From the human T2T-CHM13v2.0 reference genome, Homo sapiens, in NCBI RefSeq assembly GCF_009914755.1, contig NC_060926.1: a stretch of 64,000 nucleotides of DNA. The stretch is one strand, 5' to 3'. Both the position numbers and the translations under genes were made by a program. Shown one piece after another: positions 1 to 15,821 of this stretch; the stretch's first letter is position 1, and the number at the start of each line of letters is the position of its first letter. The notes beneath the pieces were generated by a model. It was given only the letters and a program-made list of their open reading frames with translations. It was not told the origin of the DNA and made no database searches.

Positions 1-222
1 AAAGTGTGTAGCACCTCTCCTCTCTCTCTTCCTCCTGCTCTGGCTACATGAAAATGTGCTTGCTTCCCTTTTGCCTTCTGCCATGATTGTAAGTTTCCTG
101 AGGCCTCCCTAGCCATGCTTCCTGTACAGCCTGCAGAACTGTGAGCCAACTAAACCTCTTTTCTTTGTAAATTACCCAGTCTTGGGTATTTCTTTATAGC
201 AGTGTGAGAATGGACCAATACA
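1..222 (+). mobile_element. MaLR LTR (MSTA/MSTB-like), 3' part
   Basis: Typical MST 3' motifs ccatgattgtaagtttcctgaggcctcc, cagaactgtgagcc, aaattacccagtc, ending aatggaccaataca. Confidence 0.85.
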
Positions 223-2654
223 CAGACCAAGATTGCTACCTCACCCAGGATTATGTCTTCTCTTTTGGGCAGCCCTCATCCAGTGACTGGACAATGTATA
301 GAATAAAGGCCCAGCCCCCTTGCCTCCGGGTGGGACTACTCAGAAGGACCATCCTATCTTTAGACCTTCTTCCTATCAATTCTTACCTGGGCCCTGACTT
401 GATCCCCTTCCCAGCCAAATCCAATTGCCAAGCACTCAGTGCAGCTGTGTCAGAGTCCAGTGACAGGAAAATTTACAGCATCCAGATAAATCTAATTACC
501 TTAAAGAAGATAACGCCACCTTATCATGTCCTCCCTGGTGGTTTCTAATGTCTCCTGGGTACCCAGGATTGGGGCTTGGGCCCCTCTTCTTTTTTCTTTT
601 GAGTTTAATGACACAGATGGCCTTGGAAGGAGCCAATTTGTCCAGTTTAATTTTTGTTAACTAATCCTCAAAGTAATGTTACCTGGAGAGCTTCAGTCAG
701 GTGGGCTCTAGTGTCCCCCTTTAAGAAAATAGAAGATTTGTTTTGTATGTTATATATATTAAAAATTTTAAAAAAATCTGGAAATCCTTGCTTATAAAAA
801 CCTATCAATTGGGAGACATATGCACTATCAAATATTTCTTTGTTCTATAGATGGATTTACTGCAGGGTTGCTTTAAATAGCAAACTCCCTGGGTGAATGG
901 AAAATAGAGTTCAATTGACACACTCTCTCTTTTTAAGGACAGGTATTGCATAAAGCAAATTATAACTGTAGGTTTCTCACCTCCCCTTGGTTTTTCAGAG
1001 CTTGAATACAAGATGTTTCCCAGGGCAGGGAAGCCTTCTGATGCCCTCAGGCTGAGGAGGTGCAGAGGGAGAGAAGAGCCAGGGAAGAAATGCAGCACCA
1101 ATCTGGAGTCTCCAAAGACTGTATAGGCTCTTTGGTCACTTGCCAGAGCTTTTACTTTTCCTTCTGCCCAACACATGGCAGAAGTGAAGTGTTTTTATTC
1201 ACTACCTTCTAATTGTTGTTAAAAATGCCAACTATATTATTGATTTAAGAAAGCTACAAACATCCATTCATTTTCCACAGATAATGAGTTTATTGCTAGA
1301 GCTACATCCTGAATTCTAAAACACTACAAAATCAGATGAAGGGAAAAAAGAGAGAAATCAGAGAGTTAAAGCTTTTTTGCCTAATGAACTTGTTGAAATG
1401 GGAAGAGGTTTATTTAATTATTTAAATTCAAAAGAATTTGGTGTTTTTGTATTTATTAAGATCTTGTTCTACACTTAACAGTGTCTTAAGAAGTTCTGTG
1501 TTCTTTTCAAAGCTGCTCACAATGATAATAAACTTGCTTTCATCTTAGAATAAAATAAAAATAGCTTTCCTCTTTTGAAATGATTTTAAATCTTTGAGCT
1601 GTCAAAGGCATCGGACTATTTGGTGGCTTCATTACAGGGAATGTCTTCACTTATTGGCCTATTGTCTTCAGCATTTACCTAGAGGGAGCTGAGGCTTCAG
1701 TGTTAACTGAAATATGAAGTCAGTATAGATGAACATCCAATATGTTACGCTTTACACCAGAAAACTTTGGAACAGTCTTTAAAAATACATCCAGGTGGTT
1801 TTGATTATTGTTGATTGCTCCCTGCAGTTACTGTACTAGGCTCAAGGAGTCAGAGTGAAAGGGTTGCTTACAAGTCATTTGGTCCAACCCCTCACTTTAC
1901 AGAGAAAGAATCTTAGGAAAAGAGAAATGACTTTTTTGAAACCACATGGCAATTCAGAGGCAGATCTGGACTAAAGCATTGGTTTCTTCCTTCCTGGCTT
2001 GGTGCTGTTGTCCTCCAACAATCAAGTCACATCAGTACTGTTCATTTGGATGTTTGTCGATACACTCTACTACATGATCCTCTGCTTTTTGTGTGTGAAA
2101 ACTTAGCCTCCTGAAAAGAGCCATCAGCTTCTTGAGGACATAGCTCAGTTTCAAAATGCAGCTCAAATCCCTGCTTCTCCATGAAGCTTTGGAGCCTACC
2201 AGAATGTTTTTTCTCTTCCTCTATCCTCCTCTACACTTAATTACTACACTATTTTTTTTCCCTTCAGTATTATTTGAGAATTTACCAGATGCCATGCGTG
2301 AACATTTCCTCTGTTCTCCCATCGAACACCCAGTCTCTGGTAGATTCTGCTTTCCACATTGTCTCTTGCTTCCAGCCCCTTTACTCCTTACACACTGCTA
2401 CTCTTGGCCATTCTTTTCTCCACCTGGACTATTCTAGAGTCCCCTAATTGGTTTCCTGTCACTCCATCGTTGCTTTCCCCTGACCAATCTAGATTACTCT
2501 TCCTGACAACTCCTGCTATGTCATTCTCATGTCAAGCAGCTTCTTTGCCACCCCCTCAGCCAACCTATCTACAAATGTCTCAGCCTGGCATTCAAGGCTC
2601 AATCTTTATTCACCAGTTGTATCACCCACTCTTGCCCTCATGTAACCAATACAC

Positions 2655-2982
2655 TAGACTTGCACCGTCTCATATGGCAGCCATTAGCCATATGTGGCCA
2701 CTGGGCAGTTGAAATATAGGCCAGTCTGAATTGAGATGAGCTGTAAGTATAAAATGCATACCAGGTTTTGAAGACTTGGTAAGAAAAAAGAATGTAAAAT
2801 ATCTCAGTAATTTTTGTATTGATAACATATTGAAATGAGAATATTTTATACATACTAGACTAAATTAAATGTTTTATTCAAGTTAATTTCACATTTTGAA
2901 AACTTTTTAAATGTGGGCACTAGAAAATTGAAAATTACTCGTGTGACTCACATTATGTTTCTACTGAACAGCACCTCCCTAG
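2655..2982. mobile_element. hAT-Charlie MITE, MER33/MER3-like
   Basis: Resembles the MER33 consensus (gcagccattagccatatgtggc...gaattgagatg...tgtgactcacattatgtttcta); about 330 bp. Confidence 0.7.
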
Positions 2983-3111
2983 GCAAATCAAACTATTTGT
3001 ACTTCCTGAACTTGACTCACACTTTCCTGACGTCATTCATGGTTCCTACTGTTTGGCACATCTCCCTTCTCTGCTGGTCAAATTCTACCCTGGATTAAAG
3101 GTCCATCTCAG

Positions 3112-3846
3112 AATGCAAATCAAAACCACAATGAGATACCATCTCATACCAGTTAGAATGGCGATCATTAAAAAGTCAGGAAACAACAGATGCTGGAGAG
3201 GATGTGGAGAAATAGGAACACTTTTACACTGTTGGTGGGACTGTGAACTAGTTCAACCATTGTGGAAGTCAGTGTGGCGATTCCTCAGGGATCTAGAACT
3301 AGAAATACCATTTGAGCCAGCCATCCCATTACTGGGTATGTACCCAAAGGATTATAAAACATGCTGCTATAAAGACACATGCACACGTGTATTTATTGCG
3401 GCACTATTCACAATAGCAAAGACTTGGAACCAAGCCAAATGTCCAACAATGATAGACTGGATTAAGAAAATGTGGCACATATACACCATGGAATACTATG
3501 CAGCCATAAAAAATGATGAGTTCATGTCCTTTGTAGGGACATGGATAAAGCTGGAAAGCATCATTCTCAGCAAACTATCACAAGGACAAAAAACCAAACA
3601 CTGCATGTTCTCGCTCATAGGTGGGAATTGAACAATGAGAACACATGGACACAGGAAGGGGAACATCACACACTGGGGCCTGTTGTGGGGTGGGGGGAGT
3701 GGGGAGGGATAGCATTAGGAGATATACCTAATGTTAAATGACGAGTTAATGGGCACAGCACACCAACATGGCACATGTATACATATGTAACAAACCTGCA
3801 TGTTGTGTACATGTACCCTAAAACTTAAAGTATAATTAAAAAAAAA
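3112..3846 (+). mobile_element. 5'-truncated L1 (L1PA4/PA5-like): ORF2 C-terminus, 3'UTR and short poly(A)
   Basis: Encodes [11 protein letters not shown]...[16 protein letters not shown]...LIGGN. 3'UTR variant gttaaatgacgagttaatggg...caccaac is older than L1PA3. TSD AAAGGTCC(A/G)TCTCAG at 3097-3111 and 9913-9927. Confidence 0.93.
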
Positions 3847-4039
3847 GGTCCGACAATTTGAGAAAGATGGCCGAATAGGAACAGCTCCAGTCTACAGCTC
3901 CCAGCGTGAGCAACGCAGAAGATGGGTGATTTCTGCATTTCCATCTGAGGTACCAGGTTCATCTCACTAGGGAGTGCCAGACAGTGGGCGCAGGTCAGTG
4001 GGTGCGTGCACCATGCGCGAGCTGAAGCAGGGCGAGGCA

Positions 4040-4303
4040 TCACCTCACTCGGGAAGCGCGAGGGGTCAGGGAGTTCCCTTTCCTAGTCAAAGAAAGGGGT
4101 GACAGATGGCACCTGGAAAATCGGGTCACTCCCACCCGAATACTGCTCTTTTCCAATGGGCTTAAAAAACGGTGCACGAGGAGATTATATCCCGCACCTG
4201 GCTCGGAGGGTCTTACGCCCATGGAGTCTCACTTGTTGCTAGCACAGCAGTCTGAGATCAAACTGCAAGGTGGCAGCGAGGCTGGGGGAGGGGCGCCTGC
4301 CAT
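4040..4303 (-). pseudogene. L1 ORF0 (antisense), interrupted by a stop at codon 25; new downstream ATG at 4222 opens 60 aa
   Basis: ATG at 4303 reads MAGAPPPASLPPCSLISDCCASNK* (CGA>TGA at 4231-4229). Same frame continues MGVRPSEPGAGYNLLVHRFLS... Donors CAG|GTGCGG (exon end 4198) and CAG|GTGCCA (exon end 4113) fall at +106 and +191 from the ORF0 ATG. Confidence 0.85.
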
Positions 4304-4758
4304 TGCCCAGGCTTGCTTAGGTAAACAAAGCAGCCAGGAAGCTCGAACTGGGTGGAGCCCACCACAGCTCAAGAAGGCCTGCCTGCCTCTGTAGGCTCCA
4401 CCTCTGGGGGCAGGGCACAGACAAACAAAAAGACAGCAGTAACCTCTGCAGACTTAAATGTCCCTGTCTGACAGCTTTGAAGAGAGCAGTGGTTCTCACA
4501 GCACGCAGCTGGAGATCTGAGAACAGGCAGACTGCCTCCTCAAGTGGGTCCCTGACCCCTGACCCCTGAGCAGCCTAACTGGGAGGCACCCCCCAGTAGG
4601 GGCAGACTGACACCTCACATGGCCGGGTACTCCAACAGACCTGCAGCTGAGGGTCCTGTCTGTTAGAAGGAAAACTAACAAACAGAAAGGACATCCACAC
4701 CAAAAACCCATCTGTACATCACCATCATCAAAGACCAAAAGTAGATAAAACCACAAAG

Positions 4759-5775
4759 ATGGGGAAAAAACAGAGCAGAAAAACTGGAAACTCAAAAAAG
4801 CAGAGTGCCTCTCCTCCTCCAAAGGAACGCAGTTTCTCACCAGCAACGGAACAAAGCTGACAGAGAATGACTTTGACGAGCTGAGAGAAGAAGGCTTCAG
4901 ACAATCAAATTACTCCGAGCTACGGGAGGACATTCAAACCAAAGGCAAAGAAGTTGAAAACTTTGAAAAAAATTTAGAAGAATGTATAACTAGAATAACC
5001 GATACAGAGAAGTGCTTAAAAGAGCTGATGGAGCTGAAAACCAAGGCTCGAGAACTACATGAAGAATGCAGAAGCCTCAGGAGCTGATGCGATCAACTGG
5101 AAGAAAGGGTATCAGCGATGGAAGATGAAATGAATGAAATGAAGTGAGAAGGGAAGTTTAGAGAAAAAAGAATAAAAAGAAACGAGCAAAGCCTCCAAGA
5201 AATATGGGACTATGTGAAAAGACCAAATCTACGTCTGATTGGTGTACCTGAAAGTGACGGGGAGAATGGAACCAAGTTGGAAAACACTCTGCAGGTTATT
5301 ATCCAGGAGAACTTCCCCAGTCGAGCAAGGCAGGCCAACATTCAGATTCAGGAAATACAGAGAATGCCACAAAGATACTCCTCGAGAAGAGCAACTCCAA
5401 GACACATAATTGTCAGATTCACCAAAGTTGAAATGAAAGAAAAAATGTTAAGGACAGCCAGAGAGAAAGGTCAGGTTAACCCTCAAAGGGAAGCCCATCA
5501 GACTAACAGCAGATCTCTCGGCAGAAACTCTACAAGCCAGAAGAGAGTGGGGGCCAATATTCAACATTCTTAAAGAAAAGAATTTTCAACCCAGAATTTC
5601 ATATCCAGCCAAACTAAGCTTCTTAAGTGAAGGAGAAATAAAATACTTTACAGACAAGCAAATGCTGAGAGATTTTGTCACCACCAGGCCTGCCCTAAAA
5701 GAGCTCCTGAAGGAAACGCTAAACATGGAAAGGAACAACCGGTACCAGCCGCTGCAAAATCATGCCAAAATGTAA
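4759..5775 (+). pseudogene. L1 ORF1, inactivated
   Basis: Starts MGKKQSRKTGNSKKQSASPPPKER. 1-bp deletion with stop near 4858-4860, CGA>TGA at 5085 and 5145, 1-bp insertion near 5478; native stop at 5773-5775. Confidence 0.92.
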
Positions 5776-5823
5776 AGACCATCGAGACTAGGAAGAAACT
5801 GCATCAACTGAGGAGCAAAATAA

Positions 5824-9666
<3,843 letters not shown>

Positions 9667-11094
9667 ACAGTGAGAACACATGGACACAGGAAGGGGAACA
9701 TCACACTCTGGGGACTGTTGTGGGGTGGGGGGAGGGGGGAGGGATAGCGTTGGGAGATATACCTAATGCTAGATGACGAGTTAGTGGGTGCAGCGCACCA
9801 GCATGGCACATGTATACATATGTAACTAACCTGCATGTTGTGCACATGTACCCTAAAACTTAAAGTATAATAATAATAAATAAATAAAAAATTAAAAATT
9901 AAAAGGAAAAAAAAAGGTCCGTCTCAGGTACTACATACTCTATGGAAAGGGTTTTCATCACCAGTGGCACTTGCTTTCTCTCTTGAAGTCCCATAGTGTG
10001 GTAGTTAAGAGCGCACACTCTGGAGCCAGCCTGGGTTCAAATCAAAATTTCATTTCACATCTATAAAGTGTGTATAATCTGAAAAATCTATGTTTACATA
10101 ATACTAATATAGCATGCAGTACAATATGAAGACTCAATAAGTATTTTTATTAATAATTCACAGCTGCTTACTGTGAAAGATTTAGGCCACCTAGGCTACA
10201 TTTTATGACATCTCTATTTCCTTGGCAGGGGGTAGGGGTGGATAGGTTCCATACTTAGGAATTGATTCTTCTGTTTGTCATGGGTCAGTCACTTTTAAGT
10301 CTATAGCATGCCTATGGCTTATTCCTAAATCTTGACTTTCCTCTGATTAGGACAACTGAGAGGGAGAATAAATACTCTCAATTGGTATCTTTCTTTTGGG
10401 CTCAGATATCTCTTTTAGGACTCTTCTGATAGCCTTTTTAAGAAGTGATAAAGAACAACCTTCAATTAAATATTTCAACTCTAGAGAGCCACTCTGCAGA
10501 TTTTGCATTTGAGCATTGATTGTTTTAATGATCAGTCAGTTGAAACTTTCCCATTGGAAAATGCAATTTGAGTGACTCTCCTCTAAGACAGCCATTCCGC
10601 AGCACCCAAGATGGTGTGAGGAGTTTATGTCTTATCATGTGAACCAAGATGTTAAGAAGATTCCTGGATAATGGATTTTTCATGTCATTTGTGCAACAAG
10701 TAAATTAAAAATATAAAGCCTCAGAGGAAAATGGTAAGTATATCTAAGCCCTTACTCAAAACCCATTTAACATTTTCTAAAGAAACAAAGCAAAATAACC
10801 CAATCTCTATCTCCTTAAACTAGAATTTGTCTAGCAATAATATAACATGACAAGAATAACTCTGGTAAATAAAACTACATGTTGGGTTCTCCCTGGGGAA
10901 TGTCTGCCTCACCTGTAATGATTTCTTGAAAATATTTTTCAGAAGCTGAGAATATTATGTTGCCAAGGCAGTGACATTGCAGATATGCTTCAGGAAGCTC
11001 TTTCATTAAAAGCGCCTTTCCCAACACTTAAAAACTTTTTTTAAAGTAACTGTGTAAAAGTTGGTTGCAACTGATATACTACATACTTTTATTT

Positions 11095-11413
11095 ATTATT
11101 ATTTTTTCTTTTACTTTTTTTTTTTTCTTTTTATGAGGCAGTCTCGCTCTGTTGCGGAGGCTGGAGGGCAGTGGTGCGATCTCGGTTCACTGCAACCTCT
11201 GTCTCCTGGTTCAAGGGATTCTCCTGCCTCAGCCTCCCAAGTAGCTGGGACTACAGGCAAGCACCACCATGCCTGGCTAATTTTTTGGTATTTTTTAGTA
11301 GAGACAAGGTTTCACCATGTTGGCCAGGCTGGTCTCAAACTCCTGACCTCAAGTGATCCACCTACCTCAGCCTCCAGAAGTGTTGGGATTACAGGCGTGA
11401 GCCACTGTGCCTG
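11095..11413 (-). mobile_element. Alu (AluS-like)
   Basis: Reverse-strand Alu dimer with T-rich tail at left and ctgacctcaagtgatccacc. Confidence 0.93.
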
Positions 11414-14400
11414 AGAATGGGTTTGAAGTGCCTGAAATTACTGGCCTGTGTGCCTTCACTTTTTACTAACTTATCCCCTCTGGTAGCAACCATTATGAGG
11501 TTGCCTGTATCAAAAATGCTCCCTTCTCTGGAAGAACCTCAGAACTCGCCACATTATGGTGGAAGAATCTTGCTGACTGAGCAGATCGATTCTATGCTGG
11601 GTGTGCTTGGGTCAGTCAGATTCTCTTTTTGGGAATTGGAAATTTATAAAAGAGGGACAGAGAGGAGTCGTTTTTGGAACCGACTCCTTGTAAATCTAGG
11701 GGAAAGCTCCCTGAGCAGCTTTTGCTAAGATGCCAGATATTCTCCTTACATCTTCACAGCATACTTCTACCTTCTTATCCTTCTATTAAGTTAATCTCTT
11801 ATGATTAAAATGGTCAGAATTGATTTCTGGTGCTTGCAAATGAAAAAAGACTTACCCAGAGCCCCACCCAAGGTTTCCAGGTTGAAGTAATCCACTATTC
11901 TATGGACAGTCCATAACACAGGGCATATGTTGTTGCTCAGTGAGAGGACCGAAGGCTTTGAATAGCGATTCCTCAGTGGTCTCTCTAAGCTGGCCAGAAC
12001 TGAGCTTAGGGGATAACCATGCTAGTCCAGCTGCCTCTATAGAGAATGAGCCTTAAAACACTCAGAGGAAGTTCAAATGACACTTCCTCTGAGGCCTCTT
12101 TGTTACTCTGGCTAGAAGAGATGATTCCCTGCTCTGAACTCCTATCTTGTTTATAACCTTTATCTAGCATTTATCACATTCTCAATTTCCCTGTAGTCAT
12201 TTGAGAAGAGGATACCTCTTCTACATCTGGAAGACTATAAGCTCCTGGAGGGCAGAGATGGTATCTTTGGATCCTGCATGCTATCTTGTACATTTCAGTA
12301 CGTATTTCCTGAGTGGCCAACAAGTCTCACCTGAAGGCTTTCTGTGTGTCCAGTCTGAGGCTTAGGGATGGGGAAAGGGGGGAGGAAAAGATCCAGAATG
12401 GGCTTGGATGCTTTAGCTGGGCAGACAGGACGAAAAACAGCCAATAATCAGGTATTAGGAGGTATGTGTCAGGGGCAGCTAAGTTTGGGCTGAAAAGGCC
12501 AGAAATTAGACTCAAGGCAATAATGAGCTCTGCTGTTTTGGGATTCTAACTTATTCACTTTCCAGGTTGAGAAGGCCTAGTGGGTCATTTTCTCTAATTA
12601 ACACCTCCCAGGAACAAAACTGTTCCATCAGGCTTGCCCCTTGGATGATAGATATTTACTGTTCAACCTCACATATGGGCTGTGGGTTTTTTAGTCTTCT
12701 CTGCATCATCAGATTATTACAATAATACCTTGTAGCTATGTGAAAACTTTATTTCCATACTTTTGGCTTTTTTTGGTCTCATTTATCTTCACTATATCTG
12801 GTCCCACTCAGGGACAGGAATCATCATGTCCCTTTTACAGACAGCAAAGAGATTTCATCATTGAGCCAATACCTACAGTGCAAATTAGAAAAAGGGGACC
12901 TGGTGCTAGAACCCAGTTCTGCCCAGTCTGTCCTGTTGATCAGTTTGAATAATTTGGGGACTGCATTGGACCCTACCCTGTCACACCACAGCATCCTCAC
13001 CTCTGTGGGCTCAGAAATGCTGTCTGCTGCTACTCATGAGGTGCAATTAGGAACCCAGGAGTAGCGTAACCTCATTACATCAGAGTCAAGGACAAATGTA
13101 ACAGCAGCAAGGGATTAAATCTTCATTCTGAAAGTTGAGTTTTGTTTATAAATTGTACTTTTCTGAATTTGGCTGAGGTGGCATTAAGGAACTGAGGTTC
13201 AGGGCCACATAGAGAGCAGCTGTGAGTGGTTTGCCAGGAGGTGGTGTCATCTTCCAGTGAGGCAGAAGCTGGGAGTACATGAGGACCCTGTGGAGAAGCA
13301 GCTAGAAGCTGCCCACCAAGTCAGAAAGCCCACCTGCCTGGTGGGAGGGATTATTTTAATTCCTTTCATAAGAAAAAAAGCTGGGTGGGAATTTGCTAAA
13401 ATCTGCATTAAATATGATTTTTCTGCAGCCAAGGGGAGCTGCTGGAACAAAGCACATATGCTCCCATGGAGCCAGCCCTCTCAGCTGTGGAAGTGAGCAG
13501 CAGGGCTTCTCTTCACCACTGTGACTCAACTGGCTTTAAAACCTCAAGTATAAGATCAGAATTACACATGGCCAAGACAACATTTGGTGTAGCCACTCTG
13601 GGAGATTATATTTTGGAAAGAGACCTTTGTTGCCTCATTTCAAGACATGAAAAGAAGCCAACTGAGGGGCTTAGGAAGAAGATAGAGGTGGGCAAAAGAG
13701 CAGAACTGGAGCCCTGAATTAATCTGATTTACTGCTTTTGAAATTAAAAAAAAAAAAAAAAAAGAAGAAAAACCCAAGGAATTACTACTCTCCAAGGAGG
13801 GAGCTGGGTCCAATGCCAAAGAGATCTGTGTGTGAACCTTTTGGCTCTACACTTGCGTTGAGATTTTGGGAACTCTGTTGCTTGTTTTTTAGTGTCTTGC
13901 TAGGGGCTATCATTCACTTTCCCCAGCAGAGTGATTTTTAAACAAATAAAATCTAGTCCTTCCTGAGCTTCTCCCGAGGAGTCTGTGTATCAGCAAGGTC
14001 AGGTTGAAGAGTTGCCTTGAGGCATGGCTGGGAGAGCTGAGTCAGAACTAAGGTTCCAGATTAACCTCAACCTTGGGCCTTTGTTTCTTTAGGGGTGGTT
14101 GTGGTGGTGGTGAGGGTAGGCTAGGGAGGTGGGACATAAACTTTCTTAATTCTGAGATTTTTTGGCTGGCCCAGATTTAGGAAAGCTGAGGGTAGGGCCA
14201 AGCTGTCTTGCTTGCAAGAGTGTGGTAGTCTTCTTTCTGTCTGTGGATTCTTTCCTGGGGGCTGTTACCTTGTGTGCTACACCAGGAGGCCATCTGTCTC
14301 AATTCAGGCTGCCTTGGTGGTTTTTGTTTGCTTTCAGTTTGTTTTTATTAAGGAATCTTGGGCTGGGGATTGATTCTTCCCTACTGAGTCTAAAAAAATA

Positions 14401-14797
14401 AAATGAAAACAATCTAGATGGAATATACTGATATAGGTAAGCTTCAGGTCTTGCTTCCCTGAAGTTGATATGTCTGCTATTTCCCATTCAAATGATAGAC
14501 TGGAAGCCTACAAATTCTGTTATAGGACCTGGATGCTGACATAACACAAATAACTCCCTTCAGAACCTATAGCATTTTCTCACTTCCCCATTTTCTAAAA
14601 CAGAGATTTAAAAAATGACATTTAGCTGTAATACATGCTAGCTGATGTAGACATGCTTCTTTTTTGCATGAGTTAATTGTTCCTATTCAGCTATCTCAGT
14701 TTAATCATGAAACTCAGTAACACTTTAATTATACTACATGTGAAATTCTGGGAACCCTGAGTTGAATGACATTTCTTCAGGTGGTTCTTACTCTAGC

Positions 14798-15020
14798 ACA
14801 ATGATTCAAAACCAAGGGGTGGGGAGGAATTTCCCCCTGCCCCCTCCGGGGGTCATTTGCCAAATGTCTAGAGATACTTTTGGTTGTCACAATTTGGGAA
14901 GGCAGCGCTCCTGGCCAGGGATGCTGGAAAACATTCTACAAGGTTCAAAACAGCTCCCATAACAAAGAATTATCTGGCCCCAATTGTCAATTGTCAATAT
15001 TGCTAAGATTTAGAAACCTG
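14798..15020 (+). mobile_element. MER20 (hAT-Charlie)
   Basis: tttggttgtcacaa, ggccagggatgctg, aacaaagaattatctggccc match the MER20 consensus. Confidence 0.8.
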
Positions 15021-15748
15021 CTCTGGCAGAAGAGGCACATGTTGAACAAATGGCTGCATTATGGTGAGATATGTACAAAAATATATGTAAGCCCAGGATA
15101 TTGAAGTGAGTATGTGGATGGGGAAGATGGAGGTGGAGTGGGGGTGGGGCAGTGGGCATCAGGGAAGGCTTCATGGGGAAGTGACTCCTAATCATGGTTT
15201 TTACTTAATGCCTTTGCAACCAATCATCAAATAATGGCTTTAATTGAAAGCTTATTAGTCAATAACTACATATTGGGATTTTTTTTTCTTTTTGCACAAC
15301 GTCTGAGTAATCAAAGCTCTCTAATAACTTTATGTCTTCTCTTAAGAAATATTTCCCCCCCAGCCTGGGAAGAATTTATTCAACCTTCTTCCTTGCTTCT
15401 CAGCAACGAATCTCTAGTTGATTTTAACCTGTGGTTCTTCCACCAGGACCCCTCTTTCCTTCTTCACAGTTCAGCTTCTTAACACTTGGCCCATGAAGCC
15501 TTCCCTTGGAGACTTCAGTTCATAGTGATTAATTCATTCTGTGAATTCCTTAGAGCCTTGTTGTCTTTCTCTCTACACCTATACCAGTCTCTTGGGGGTG
15601 TGTTTCCACTTACATTGTGGGCTTCTCAAAGACACTACGGCACTGAACACCGTTTTGGACCCTGATTTACACTGCAAGTGAGAGGAAGAGGAAGACACTC
15701 AAGAAAGGTGTCAGGAAAGAGTAATGCTGGATCGATATGAACATTGCA

Positions 15749-15821
15749 TTAGGTTGGTGCAAAAGTAATCATGGTTTTTGCCATTGAAAGTAATGGCAAT
15801 TACTTTTGTACCAAGCCAATA
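15749..15821. mobile_element. Made1 (Hsmar1-derived mariner MITE) with a short internal deletion
   Basis: TIRs TTAGGTTGGTGCAAAAGTAAT ... ATTACTTTTGTACCAAGCCAA; about 9 bp missing from the right arm. Confidence 0.9.

Noticed and set aside
3053-3631. 192-aa ORF
   Set aside because: It is the ORF2 C-terminus of the truncated L1, extended by chance into flanking DNA from a non-ATG start; not a gene.
11061-11414. Alu-derived ORFs (also at 29977, 40749, 41186, 47013, 47426 and 58003)
   Set aside because: Typical Alu translation artefacts with no independent exon evidence.
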